A DNA stretch of 36,414 bases. Origin: Methanobacteriota archaeon. Lineage in GTDB: Archaea > Thermoplasmatota > E2 > JACPAO01. Position 1 is the first letter of the stretch; each line of letters begins with the position of its first letter. The stretch spans positions 1-36,414 of the forward strand of contig JACPAO010000064.1 of assembly GCA_016180755.1 (NCBI GenBank). The letters run 5' to 3'. A program made the translations under genes and the position numbers. Below the pieces are notes generated by a model that made no database searches, was not told the origin of the DNA, and was given only the letters and a program-made list of their open reading frames with translations. Positions 28,401-36,200 of the stretch are shown one piece after another.

Positions 28401-30514
28401 CGAAGCCCTTCATTGGCCAGACGTGCACTGACGCCGCCGGCCCTAACCAGGACTCCGATAAGGACAGCTTCACCGACGCTGATGAAGACGCTGCCGACAG
28501 CGACCCCGCGAAGCCCAACAAGTACAACCCGTTCAGCACTCCGCTCGATACCGACGCCGACCTCTTGCCCAACCTCATGGAGAGCACCTCCCTCGAGGTC
28601 AACGTGTGGAAGATCGTCTGGGTCCGAAAGAGCGACCCCAACACCGCGTGCACGACCGCTCCCCAACCCGCCGACTGCCAGGGCGTCCTGAAGCTTCGCG
28701 ACGCCGGAACGCGAAACATCATCATCCACGGAGGCGCCGGTTCGAACCTATTCGAGATCAGCGAGACGCCGACGGACACGATGATCCTGCGCGCCAACGA
28801 AGGACGGTACTCTTGGACCCTGTTCAGCGGCGTGTTCGTCTTGACCCCCCATCCCGACTGGTTCCAACTGACGATCCACGCGGAGGACAAGACCTTGCTC
28901 TTGGATTCGATCGTCCACCTCAACAAGCTCGGCGTCGCCGGGTCGCCCGTGCTCGACGTGCGGGCTTTCGGCGCGACGGGCGACTTCGGCGCCATAACCA
29001 CTTACCACCGGGAGATTCGGTTCGAGGTCATGACCAACCCCTTCGAGGTCATGTACACCGGCAACGGACGCGAGTGCTCCACGCTTGGTTCTGGCATCCA
29101 GAGGATCGACACCTCGAGCGACTCGTCGGTTCCGCTGTGTCCGGACCAGTCCGACCGAAAGACGCTCGCCGAGCACGTCCTGGACCTGTTCGTCGGGGCC
29201 TACATCGTGAACGGGAACTCGCTCACCGAACGGCAGAACATGCCGGACGTATGCGACTACCCAGGCCCGCAAGCCAAACGGGGGACGACGCAAACGTGGT
29301 TCCGCATCGAGCGGCATGGCGACAAGCTGCGGGTCTGCGGCCAGGCCCGCGGTTCCGGCGCGAATGACCAACGGCCGTTCGGCCCGCAGGACACCGAAGA
29401 CCTCATCCCGCCCTTCGTCGGCGTCGCCGACGACGGAGGTCAGAAGAAGCTCTGGCTCGACCAGAACAACGACCGCGTCTACCAGTCCAACGAGGCCCTC
29501 GGCACGCTACCCCCGCCACCGTGCGACATCGGGAACCCGCAGAGCTGCGCCAACCCCATGCAGGCGCTGCGGACCGCGCTGCAATGCCAAGAGACTCCGA
29601 CATCCGAAGACATCGTGGTCTGCGCCCAGCGCCGCGCCGGCGAAGAGTCGAGTGCGGCACGGAAGACGGCGCGTGACAACGCTGGGTGTGGGAGCGCCCC
29701 CGACGAGGCCGCCTGCATCGACGCCAAGGCGAACGGCGCCGTCGCCGAACTCATGACGGTCGTCGGATGCGCCGGGCTCGGCCCCGACGACTGCGCCACG
29801 AAGAAAGCGACGGAAACGATTGCCCAGGCCGACGCCGCCCGAAAGACGGCCCGCGACACGGCGGGCTGTGGCACCGCCGCGGACGAAGCCGCGTGCGCCG
29901 AGGCCAAGGCGAACGAACACGCCGGAACGGTCATCACCGCCGTCAACGGAATCCTCTCGACGGCCCGAAGCGCCGCCGGGTGCGACCCGGGCGAACCCGA
30001 CGACGTCTGCGCTCAACGCCAAGCCAACGAGCAGAAGGCGGCCGTCGAAAACGTCGTGCGAGGCCCGTTGAGCTGCACGACGACGGAGACGATCGACCAG
30101 TGCGCCGCACGCCGCGCCAACGAACAGGCCGGGGCCGTCCTCACGTCCGTCACCTCCACGGTCCGTTCCGCCGCCGGCTGCACGCCTCTTGAGACGCTCG
30201 AGCAGTGCGCGGCCCGACGTGCGAACCAGGAGGCCGGCGCGGCCGTCGCGACGGTCATGGGCCTCCTCGTGGGCGCCAAGGACACCGACGGCGACGGGTA
30301 CGAGACCGCCCTAGAGCTTCAGCGCGGCTCGAACCCGTTCAACAAGGACTCGACGCCGTCCCACTCGGGCGGCGGCTTCCCGCGCGACTTCGACGGGGAC
30401 GGGTTCTTCAACGAGTACGAGCTGCAGCGGGGAAGCGACCCCAACAAGGCCTGCAGCACGCCCAGCAACCCCAACGGGGGCGTCAACAGCAACTGCCGCA
30501 GCGGGCCCTTCTAG
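25481..30514 (+). CDS. Giant 1677-aa secreted protein with FG-GAP-like and TSP3-like Ca-binding loops and Cys-paired helical repeats; no C-terminal TM
   Basis: GGAGG SD; signal MRRILALTFVGIFLASALAGA; GDFDADGRDDLL; several DxDxDG...E...GS(N/D)P motifs; seven C-x7-11-C repeats. Confidence 0.88.
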   Translation: MRRILALTFVGIFLASALAGAGQLRVEAQIPIVSDEFEGQMDGIEDAIEAQRLALIAQPPIGDVGSALYVDFFDYDSATVGGDFDADGRDDLLYGQIFNGDPTFPSCFFIQTDYFHSAATKAKTDQDPTTGAPAADRTEFAARMMVYVNQITTPNGATFFLNDPEDCTQQAFPSIGGNPHQVNVDAVVDPTAQCETRATPADSSDFQPCKLLQIFDPTSTGLAAQGASSGGSSVSTQRTPVTGNVDTALFQVEQWTRLSGSTNLGPHLVLRVMDSLVQFSATVNGVGRPTPGSVGASTTAQPLFSAPFDFSNLHLLWGGNTGDAQLLSNQLSRLDLDDDGRTAFDEIVSGSNPINGRSVPADRDGDGAANGIDKYPDDPSKFRDFDWTISALGTTGIGAGITQTTPVTATLAAPASHVHLKTVDVYWVRDRGQGGTGIDLSDLSKDLRYLVSSTTCGSPHDCGAPSFTTGWKIDDIGHVDATTGLLTDRSCAANDCVYTVPDGQDIKLYIEITDDGVYAGQPGQSLTAILLGAVFRVSHKTIGPPNAPSVISVVDVNDVRDLAGTVSDHIKVTWTAGTASRSGSVNTVVKATLCPASPAASQTALAIVSGPANAASGTNLETVFAIPRTTAGQLFKCVDSNGNEILVGGQPARGRLDAVATTSELIDGVTRTATDTKTVTALHNVPPTLNAATGTGVSEVTQNFGGAGHATVETAPMGDSTVRFRVLYKDDNGECVSGSPADPGPQSVKLIITKENGVTLNPAVEFSMAREVQTNQKAPSLSFVCPTGEDYKAGDTRFVKDLPVSPLSKAGFLTIGKTYEYKFQTFDRHGNAMSQPTGVPTSGPDATIHLQLVTRNGAAPFTVRQDAGSQVSGFQESVTTFLKGQGCDPAKPAECPDGIKDNVETTANCDLDGDGKVGDKPIATVPGAQPCKDVGTSIVQPIVDGLVEDVTEAINGAMTNGLPNPWTSTRCDPTKPFIGQTCTDAAGPNQDSDKDSFTDADEDAADSDPAKPNKYNPFSTPLDTDADLLPNLMESTSLEVNVWKIVWVRKSDPNTACTTAPQPADCQGVLKLRDAGTRNIIIHGGAGSNLFEISETPTDTMILRANEGRYSWTLFSGVFVLTPHPDWFQLTIHAEDKTLLLDSIVHLNKLGVAGSPVLDVRAFGATGDFGAITTYHREIRFEVMTNPFEVMYTGNGRECSTLGSGIQRIDTSSDSSVPLCPDQSDRKTLAEHVLDLFVGAYIVNGNSLTERQNMPDVCDYPGPQAKRGTTQTWFRIERHGDKLRVCGQARGSGANDQRPFGPQDTEDLIPPFVGVADDGGQKKLWLDQNNDRVYQSNEALGTLPPPPCDIGNPQSCANPMQALRTALQCQETPTSEDIVVCAQRRAGEESSAARKTARDNAGCGSAPDEAACIDAKANGAVAELMTVVGCAGLGPDDCATKKATETIAQADAARKTARDTAGCGTAADEAACAEAKANEHAGTVITAVNGILSTARSAAGCDPGEPDDVCAQRQANEQKAAVENVVRGPLSCTTTETIDQCAARRANEQAGAVLTSVTSTVRSAAGCTPLETLEQCAARRANQEAGAAVATVMGLLVGAKDTDGDGYETALELQRGSNPFNKDSTPSHSGGGFPRDFDGDGFFNEYELQRGSDPNKACSTPSNPNGGVNSNCRSGPF
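29560..30270 (+). repeat. Seven tandem Cys-paired helical protein repeats
   Basis: CQETPTSEDIVVC, CGSAPDEAAC, CAGLGPDDC, CGTAADEAAC, CDPGEPDDVC, CTTTETIDQC and CTPLETLEQC, each followed by an xxx(K/R/Q)ANE-like helix. Confidence 0.8.
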
Positions 30515-30529
30515 GGCCCAGGCCCGGCC

Positions 30530-30566
30530 GCGGCTCCCAAGGGACGAGCGGGAGCCGCCTTCTTTT
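30530..30566 (+). terminator. Hairpin plus pyrimidine/T tract after the 1677-aa gene
   Basis: GCGGCTCCC/GGGAGCCGC 9-bp stem followed by CTTCTTTT. Confidence 0.6.
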
Positions 30567-30691
30567 CCCCCCTTACGCCGCGGGATCGGTACCGCCGCAC
30601 AGCCCCGCCCGGCCGCTGTTTCCGCAGCAAAACCGCACTTCCTTATATGGGTCAAGGACATGCGAAACCAATTCGGGGTCGAAGGAAGGCC

Positions 30692-33610
30692 ATGAACCAG
30701 ACGTACGTCCGCGCCCTCACATTCGTAGGATGCCTCTTCCTGGCCGCCGCCCTTTTCGGCGCGAGCCCGCCGGCCGACGCGCAGTCGGCCAGCGGGGACC
30801 AGAGGATGAGCGACGGGTCCCGCACCATCGACCAGACGGGCCTGCTGAACCCCCCCGCGAAGTCCCTCAGCGGCCTCGTGGACAACACGTTCCGCGGGAC
30901 GTACTCGCCGAGCGCCACGGGGACGCTCGACCAGGAGGCGACGCTCTTCTGGACCCTCGACGGCACGAACCCGGGATCCGGGACGACGACGAAGAAGGAG
31001 ATCTCGTGCGTAGGGGCGCCCTGCGTCCCGGGCCAGTTGGAGTACAGCGGAGCCCTCACGGCGACCGACTTCGCGGCGGCCCCGCCGAACGCCGAGGTCC
31101 GCTTCATCCTCCAGATCCGCGATGCCGCGAACGCCAACGTCATGTGTGACCCGGTGCCGAACGCCGTCGCCTGCCCCGCGAGCGCGGGCACGTACTACTT
31201 CTACCGCATCGACCGGACCAAGCCGCTCGTCGATGCGGCGGCGGCCCTCCCGGCGAAGGTCGCGGGCTCCTCCGTCGATGCCGGCATCACGACGGACGAC
31301 CGGACGCCGTTGCGGTTCGTCCTGCGCGACGACAACCGCGAGCAGCCCCTTAACGGCACGGCGGCCGCCACGGCGATCACGGTCGACGGCGTCGACAACA
31401 CGGCCCTGTTCAAGCGGACCGACCTCACGCCGCACGCGTTCCAGTTCGACTTCGACTACACGAAGGTCTCGGCGAGCTTCAAGTGGAGCCACCAGCCCCA
31501 CAAGATCGTCGTCACGGGCAAGGACCTCGCGAACAACCAGGTGGACACGGCGAAGAACAGCTTCACGTTCCACGTCGACACGACGCCCCCCACCATCCCG
31601 GCGACCGCCATCACGGCCGTACCGAACGCGGGCCTCCCGGGGTCGCAGACGCAGCTTCCCATCACCGCGCGCGGCGTGAACGTGACGGTCAAGTCGGACG
31701 TCACCGACGTGAGCCTCGACACAAACTCGAAGACGAACGTCTTCGCGCAGCACTTCAACGCGACCGTCGGCGCGGTCTCGCCGCTCTTTCCCCTCACCTA
31801 CAACCCGACGAGCAAGCTGTGGGAGTCGACGGGCGTGACCATCCCCCTCACGTGGCCGGCGCAGGAGTTCCGTGTCCACACGCGGATCATCGCGACGGAC
31901 CTCGCCGCGAACGTCGGGTTGAACGTCACGGCGAAGGAGCAGTTCATCATCGACCCGATCCCGCCCTCCGTGACGGAGGCCCCGCCACCTCCGAGCTTCA
32001 TCCTCGACAAGGACTACAAGGTCCGCGCCACGATCAAGGACGGGACCGGCCTCGACACGAACAAGCTCCTCGTCCGGTTCAGCAACACGACCGGCGGGTT
32101 CAAGGCCGCGCTTCCCGCCTCGGTGACGAAGATCAACCAGAACACGTTCGAAGGGAAGATGGCGCGGGAAGGCCAGACCGACAACTGGACGTTCACGATC
32201 CCCGCGCCCAAGCCGGACTCGGTCATCACGTACTTCGTGAGCGCGACGGACAAGGCGGGCGGCGTCACCAACACGACGCTCCGGACCCTCACGGTCGACA
32301 CGAACGGCCCGCTTCTTGCCGAGGTCGACGCGAAGACGTTCCGCGCGGGCGAACCCTACGTGTTCACGGTCACGGCCACCGACGCAGGCATCGGCGTGAA
32401 CGCCTCCACGGTGAAGCTCTTCTTCGCGACCTCTGGGACGACGTTCTCCCCCCTCCCCATGGCGCAGGTCGGCACGACCTCGACCTTCACGGGGACGATC
32501 AGCCAGGCCGTCGCGGACGCCACGACGATCAAGTACTACTTCGAGGCGTTGGACCTCCTTGGTACGAAGGGGATGCTCGGCGAGCCGACGGGGGACAAGC
32601 ACCGGAACACGACCGTCGACAAGTCGCCCCCCACGACGCTCCAGCTCACGGCGCCCGCGAACGCGACCACGACGACGTTCCCGGTCAAGTGGAACGCGAC
32701 GGACGCAGGTAGCGGCGTCGCGAGCTTCACGATCCAGGCGCGGCTTGCCGACCCCGGGAAGACCCCCAGCATCTGGGTCACGTTCCTGAACGCGACCACG
32801 CTCCGCGAGACGGACTTCTGCGGCGAGGGCAACCACACGTACGAGTTCCGGGGCTTCGCGACCGACAACGTCTCGAACAGCGCGCCCGTCCCCACCGCGG
32901 CCCAGGCGACGACGGTCGTCACGGGGGCCGGCTGCCCGGAGGGCGTCGTCGTCGCCGTCACCTTCCCGACGACCGGGACCCGCGTCGACAACGCGCAGAC
33001 GACCCGGACGCTCCAGGTGCGCTACACGGCGGCCCCCACGCGCGGCCTCACGCCCGCCTCGGAGCTCAAGGTCCGCGTCCTCTACAGCCCCGACAACGGG
33101 GTCCACTTCTTCGAGCTCGCGAAGGACCTTTCCAACACGGGCTCGTATTCGCTCGACGTCGCCTCGCTCCCAAGCTGCAAGGCCTGCCTCGTGCGCGTCG
33201 AGGCCACGACGCTCTCGGGCGCGACCGCAAACGGCACGAGCGGCGTCTTCGTCGTCGCGGGCGGCTCCGCCACGGCCGACCTCGACGAGAACGGCCTCGC
33301 GGACTCGTGGGAGACGCGGTACGGTTCCCGGCTCGGGGAGATGGAGGCGGACGCGGACACCGACGAGGACGGCCTCTCCAACACCGACGAGGCGGCGGCC
33401 GGCACCGACCCCAACAACGCGGACACCGACGGCGACGGCTTCAGCGACCGGCTCGAGGTCCGAAGCGGCACGAACCCGCTTAGCGCCACGAGCGTCCCGA
33501 CGCCCGAGCAGGCCCGCTCCGAGCAGTTCACGCACTGGTACTGGAGCGTGCCCGCCCTGTTCCTCGTGACGGGGGTCCTCTTCTTCGTGGGCCTTGCGCG
33601 GAGGTGGTAG
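30692..33610 (+). CDS. 972-aa membrane-anchored surface protein with Ig-like domains and TSP3-like Ca-binding repeats
   Basis: Signal peptide; repeated ATD.AG(N) and VDTTPP Ig boundaries; DLDENGLADSWE, DTDEDGLSNTDE...GTDP and DTDGDGFSD.LE...GTNP; C-terminal TM then RRW. TTATAT at 30643. Confidence 0.88.
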   Translation: MNQTYVRALTFVGCLFLAAALFGASPPADAQSASGDQRMSDGSRTIDQTGLLNPPAKSLSGLVDNTFRGTYSPSATGTLDQEATLFWTLDGTNPGSGTTTKKEISCVGAPCVPGQLEYSGALTATDFAAAPPNAEVRFILQIRDAANANVMCDPVPNAVACPASAGTYYFYRIDRTKPLVDAAAALPAKVAGSSVDAGITTDDRTPLRFVLRDDNREQPLNGTAAATAITVDGVDNTALFKRTDLTPHAFQFDFDYTKVSASFKWSHQPHKIVVTGKDLANNQVDTAKNSFTFHVDTTPPTIPATAITAVPNAGLPGSQTQLPITARGVNVTVKSDVTDVSLDTNSKTNVFAQHFNATVGAVSPLFPLTYNPTSKLWESTGVTIPLTWPAQEFRVHTRIIATDLAANVGLNVTAKEQFIIDPIPPSVTEAPPPPSFILDKDYKVRATIKDGTGLDTNKLLVRFSNTTGGFKAALPASVTKINQNTFEGKMAREGQTDNWTFTIPAPKPDSVITYFVSATDKAGGVTNTTLRTLTVDTNGPLLAEVDAKTFRAGEPYVFTVTATDAGIGVNASTVKLFFATSGTTFSPLPMAQVGTTSTFTGTISQAVADATTIKYYFEALDLLGTKGMLGEPTGDKHRNTTVDKSPPTTLQLTAPANATTTTFPVKWNATDAGSGVASFTIQARLADPGKTPSIWVTFLNATTLRETDFCGEGNHTYEFRGFATDNVSNSAPVPTAAQATTVVTGAGCPEGVVVAVTFPTTGTRVDNAQTTRTLQVRYTAAPTRGLTPASELKVRVLYSPDNGVHFFELAKDLSNTGSYSLDVASLPSCKACLVRVEATTLSGATANGTSGVFVVAGGSATADLDENGLADSWETRYGSRLGEMEADADTDEDGLSNTDEAAAGTDPNNADTDGDGFSDRLEVRSGTNPLSATSVPTPEQARSEQFTHWYWSVPALFLVTGVLFFVGLARRW

Positions 33611-33613
33611 TCG

Positions 33614-34204
33614 GTGGAACGCACCGCCCTCCGACGCTCGGCGAGCGTGTTCTTCGGGATCGCGATCCTCGTCGTCCTTTTCAGCGCCTACGTGGCCCTC
33701 GTGTACCACGGCGACATCGACGAAGGCGCCTCGTGGGTGGTCGACCTCGACTTCGATGTGTGGATCTCGATCTTCGCGGTGACGCTCGCCGTCATCTTCG
33801 CGGTCCTCTTGATCATGTTCCTCGTGCCGGCCTCGACGGGCGGCGGCCCCGCGCCCGCCCCGCCGACGGGCACGAGCGTCGTGCGCATCGACTGCACGAA
33901 CTGCCACCAACTGTACGAGATCGACGACACGGGCGAGCGCCCCCTCTTCCACACGTGCCCCCACTGCGGCTTCGTTGCCGAGATGGGCGGCGAACCGACC
34001 GCCGCGAGCGCCCCGGCGCCCTCGGCCCCCGTGCCCTCGGCGACGGCCACGACCGATGAGAAGGGCCCGATGGTGATCCGCTGCGGCAACTGCCAGACGA
34101 ACTTCGAGGTCCCGTTCACGACGGAACGGCCGCTCGTGACCGTCTGCACGAACTGCGGCCGCCGCGGGATCCTGAACGCGCCCGCCGCCGAGGCGTCCGC
34201 GTAA
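33614..34204 (+). CDS. 2-TM membrane protein with two cytoplasmic zinc ribbons
   Basis: Two TM helices, then CTNC...ERPLFHTCPHCG and CGNC..NFEV...ERPLVTVCTNCGRRGIL; starts 3 nt after the upstream stop. Confidence 0.88.
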   Translation: MERTALRRSASVFFGIAILVVLFSAYVALVYHGDIDEGASWVVDLDFDVWISIFAVTLAVIFAVLLIMFLVPASTGGGPAPAPPTGTSVVRIDCTNCHQLYEIDDTGERPLFHTCPHCGFVAEMGGEPTAASAPAPSAPVPSATATTDEKGPMVIRCGNCQTNFEVPFTTERPLVTVCTNCGRRGILNAPAAEASA

Positions 34205-34216
34205 TCCGCGGGGACC

Positions 34217-34759
34217 TCACAGCCGGCGTCCGCGCACCCACGGTTCGTCGACGGGCACGAACACGAGGCCCGCCTCCACGAGGGGCAACGCGACGGTCCC
34301 TGCGATCTCGAGGAACCAGCCCGACTGGCCCGTGAACGTCGCGTTCCCGGTGAAGTCCGATCCCGTGTAGTGGAACTCGTCGAAGAAGTCCGTGTCCTGC
34401 GTGATCTCCTCCGGCCAGGCCGTCGCCGTGTAGAGGACGGCCGCGAGGCCCAGGGCGGCCGTGAGGACGCAGGCGCCCACGACCTGGCCGCGGGTGGCGG
34501 CCCGGCCGATCGTGGGAAGGAGCTCGAGCACGAGGGTCGCGAGGGCGGCCGCGGCCGCGAGGGTCGCGAGGATGCCGGTGAACAGGACCTCGTCGGAGAG
34601 GACGTCGCGGTCGGGCTGGTCGGCGAAGTCGCCCGCCCGGTAGGGCGCGACGGTCTCGGAGACGCCTTGGCCGAAGATGTCGAAGCGGACCTCCCACCAG
34701 GGAAGCCACAAGGCGGCGAGGGCGAGGAGGAGGGCGAAGCCGAGGATGCCGATGCGCAT
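34217..34759 (-). CDS. Multi-pass membrane protein (TM-PWW-loop architecture), hypothetical
   Basis: GGAGG adjoining ATG 34759; MRIGILGFALLLALAALWLPWW, an extracellular loop and three more hydrophobic segments, the last after SGWFL. Confidence 0.75.
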   Translation of the reverse strand: MRIGILGFALLLALAALWLPWWEVRFDIFGQGVSETVAPYRAGDFADQPDRDVLSDEVLFTGILATLAAAAALATLVLELLPTIGRAATRGQVVGACVLTAALGLAAVLYTATAWPEEITQDTDFFDEFHYTGSDFTGNATFTGQSGWFLEIAGTVALPLVEAGLVFVPVDEPWVRGRRL

Positions 34760-35036
34760 CCTCCGAGGTCGGCTGAGGAGTCGAGGTTGGAAGGCCATTT
34801 CCCGCGGCATGGCCTGGCCGCTTTTAGGTTGCTCCGATGCGCTCCCGGGGCGCCTCCCGGCGGGCGCGCGTCGCCGGGCCGCCTGGAGCTCAGGCAGGGC
34901 CGGCATTTTTCACTGTTGTCTTTTCGTTGGTATGAATAACATGACAAACATTACAAGAAAAGTAATATCAGAAATGGCACGGGCGGGCGCAACGGGCTCC
35001 GCGACGCTGGCCGGCGCGTCCTCCTCCCGGAAGCGC

Positions 35037-35043
35037 TTAAATA
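35037..35043 (+). promoter_or_regulatory. TATA box of rps6e
   Basis: TTAAATA 28 nt before ATG 35072. Confidence 0.7.
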
Positions 35044-35071
35044 GGAGGCGGGACTGCGGAAGAATCCCGCC

Positions 35072-35455
35072 ATGGCCGAATTCAAGTGCATCGTGAGCCA
35101 CGAGGGCAAATCCTTCAACGTCGCGGTCAAGGGCCACCACGCGAACGCGCTCGTGGGGAAGAAGATCGGGGACGACGTCGACGGGCTGTTCGTGAAGCTC
35201 CCCGGCTACAAGCTCCAGATCACGGGCGGCTCCGACAAGGAGGGCTTCGCCATGCGGCCCGACCTTCCCGGCATCGCGCGCCGACGCATCCTCGCGGTCG
35301 AGGGCCACGGCTTCCACCCGGAACGCAAGGGGCTAAGGCGCCGACGCTCCGCGCGCGGCAACACGATCACGCTCGACATCGTCCAGGTGAACCTCAAGGT
35401 CACCAAGGCCGGCGGCAAGCCGGTCCCGGACATGTTGGCGGAAGCGAAGGAATAG
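35072..35455 (+). CDS. rps6e: 30S ribosomal protein S6e
   Basis: FKCIVS...GKKIGD...GYKLQITGGSDKEGFAMRPD...GLRRRRSARGNTI..DIVQVNLKV. Confidence 0.97.
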   Translation: MAEFKCIVSHEGKSFNVAVKGHHANALVGKKIGDDVDGLFVKLPGYKLQITGGSDKEGFAMRPDLPGIARRRILAVEGHGFHPERKGLRRRRSARGNTITLDIVQVNLKVTKAGGKPVPDMLAEAKE

Positions 35456-35542
35456 TCGCGGCGCCGGGCCGGTCCATTCGGGTTCGCGGCCCGACGTCGA
35501 TGGCTGCGTTTGCCCCCAGGCAAGCTCGTCTCGGGCGACGCC

Positions 35543-35953
35543 CTACCGCGGCTCGTGGAGCACCTGCACGGCGACGCCCTGTCGGTTCTTGAAGAGGGGC
35601 CGGTCGTGGGTGAGGAGTTTCGCCCCCAGGCCCTTCGCCTGGGCGAGGAGGATCGCGTCGGCGAGGCTGAAGTCCCGGCGGTGGGAGCGCTCGGCGGCGT
35701 GGATGCGCCCCGCGAGGGCGAACACCTCCTCGGAGGGCACGAGCACATCCGAGGCCTCGTGCACCTTTCGGACGACCCAGTCGACGCGATGGCCGAGGCC
35801 GCGGCGTGCGAGGATGCTGTGGAGTTCCGCGATGGAGACGGCGGACGTCGCGATCTTGTTCCGTGGGTTGTGCCGGATGCCGTCCACGACCGGGTGGGGG
35901 CCGCCGCGGGACGCCAGGGAATGCCATACGCTCGTGTCGAAGAGCCAGTTCAG
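35543..35953 (-). CDS. vapC: PIN-domain (VapC-like) toxin with probable CTG start
   Basis: Extending the ORF upstream gives LNWLFDTSVW (first PIN Asp), then SIAEL, FSLADAILLA and LLTHD. An in-frame TGA lies three codons before the CTG at 35953. Confidence 0.85.
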   Translation of the reverse strand: MNWLFDTSVWHSLASRGGPHPVVDGIRHNPRNKIATSAVSIAELHSILARRGLGHRVDWVVRKVHEASDVLVPSEEVFALAGRIHAAERSHRRDFSLADAILLAQAKGLGAKLLTHDRPLFKNRQGVAVQVLHEPR

Positions 35954-36165
35954 TCGCGCTCACGCCCCCGGCTCCAGGAGCGGTCCCAGTCCCCTAGCTC
36001 GGGGAGCGACCCGGAGAGCTCGTCGAAGGCCTGGTCCCGGCCGGTGAACACGACGACCCGCTCGTCGCCGGGCTTGAGGCGCTCGCGGTCGACCACGTCC
36101 TTCGGGATGGTGGCGATGAGGCTTCCGCCCGCGCTCCTGAATCTAATACGTGCCGTAGTCGACAT
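35950..36165 (-). CDS. AbrB/MazE/SpoVT-family antitoxin
   Basis: RSAGGSLIATIPKDVVDRERLKPGDE signature; stop codon overlaps the toxin start. Confidence 0.88.
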   Translation of the reverse strand: MSTTARIRFRSAGGSLIATIPKDVVDRERLKPGDERVVVFTGRDQAFDELSGSLPELGDWDRSWSRGRERD

Positions 36166-36200
36166 TGATACCTTAAATGATACTTTCTCCTACTTATCCT
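36166..36200 (-). promoter_or_regulatory. AT-rich TA promoter with direct repeats
   Basis: GTATCA twice at a 12-bp period (36178-36183 and 36166-36171) directly before the ATG. Confidence 0.45.

Noticed and set aside
34905-34976. Replication origin or dif site
   Set aside because: No ORB-like repeats, no adjacent orc1/cdc6 and no convincing 11-6-11 Xer palindrome.
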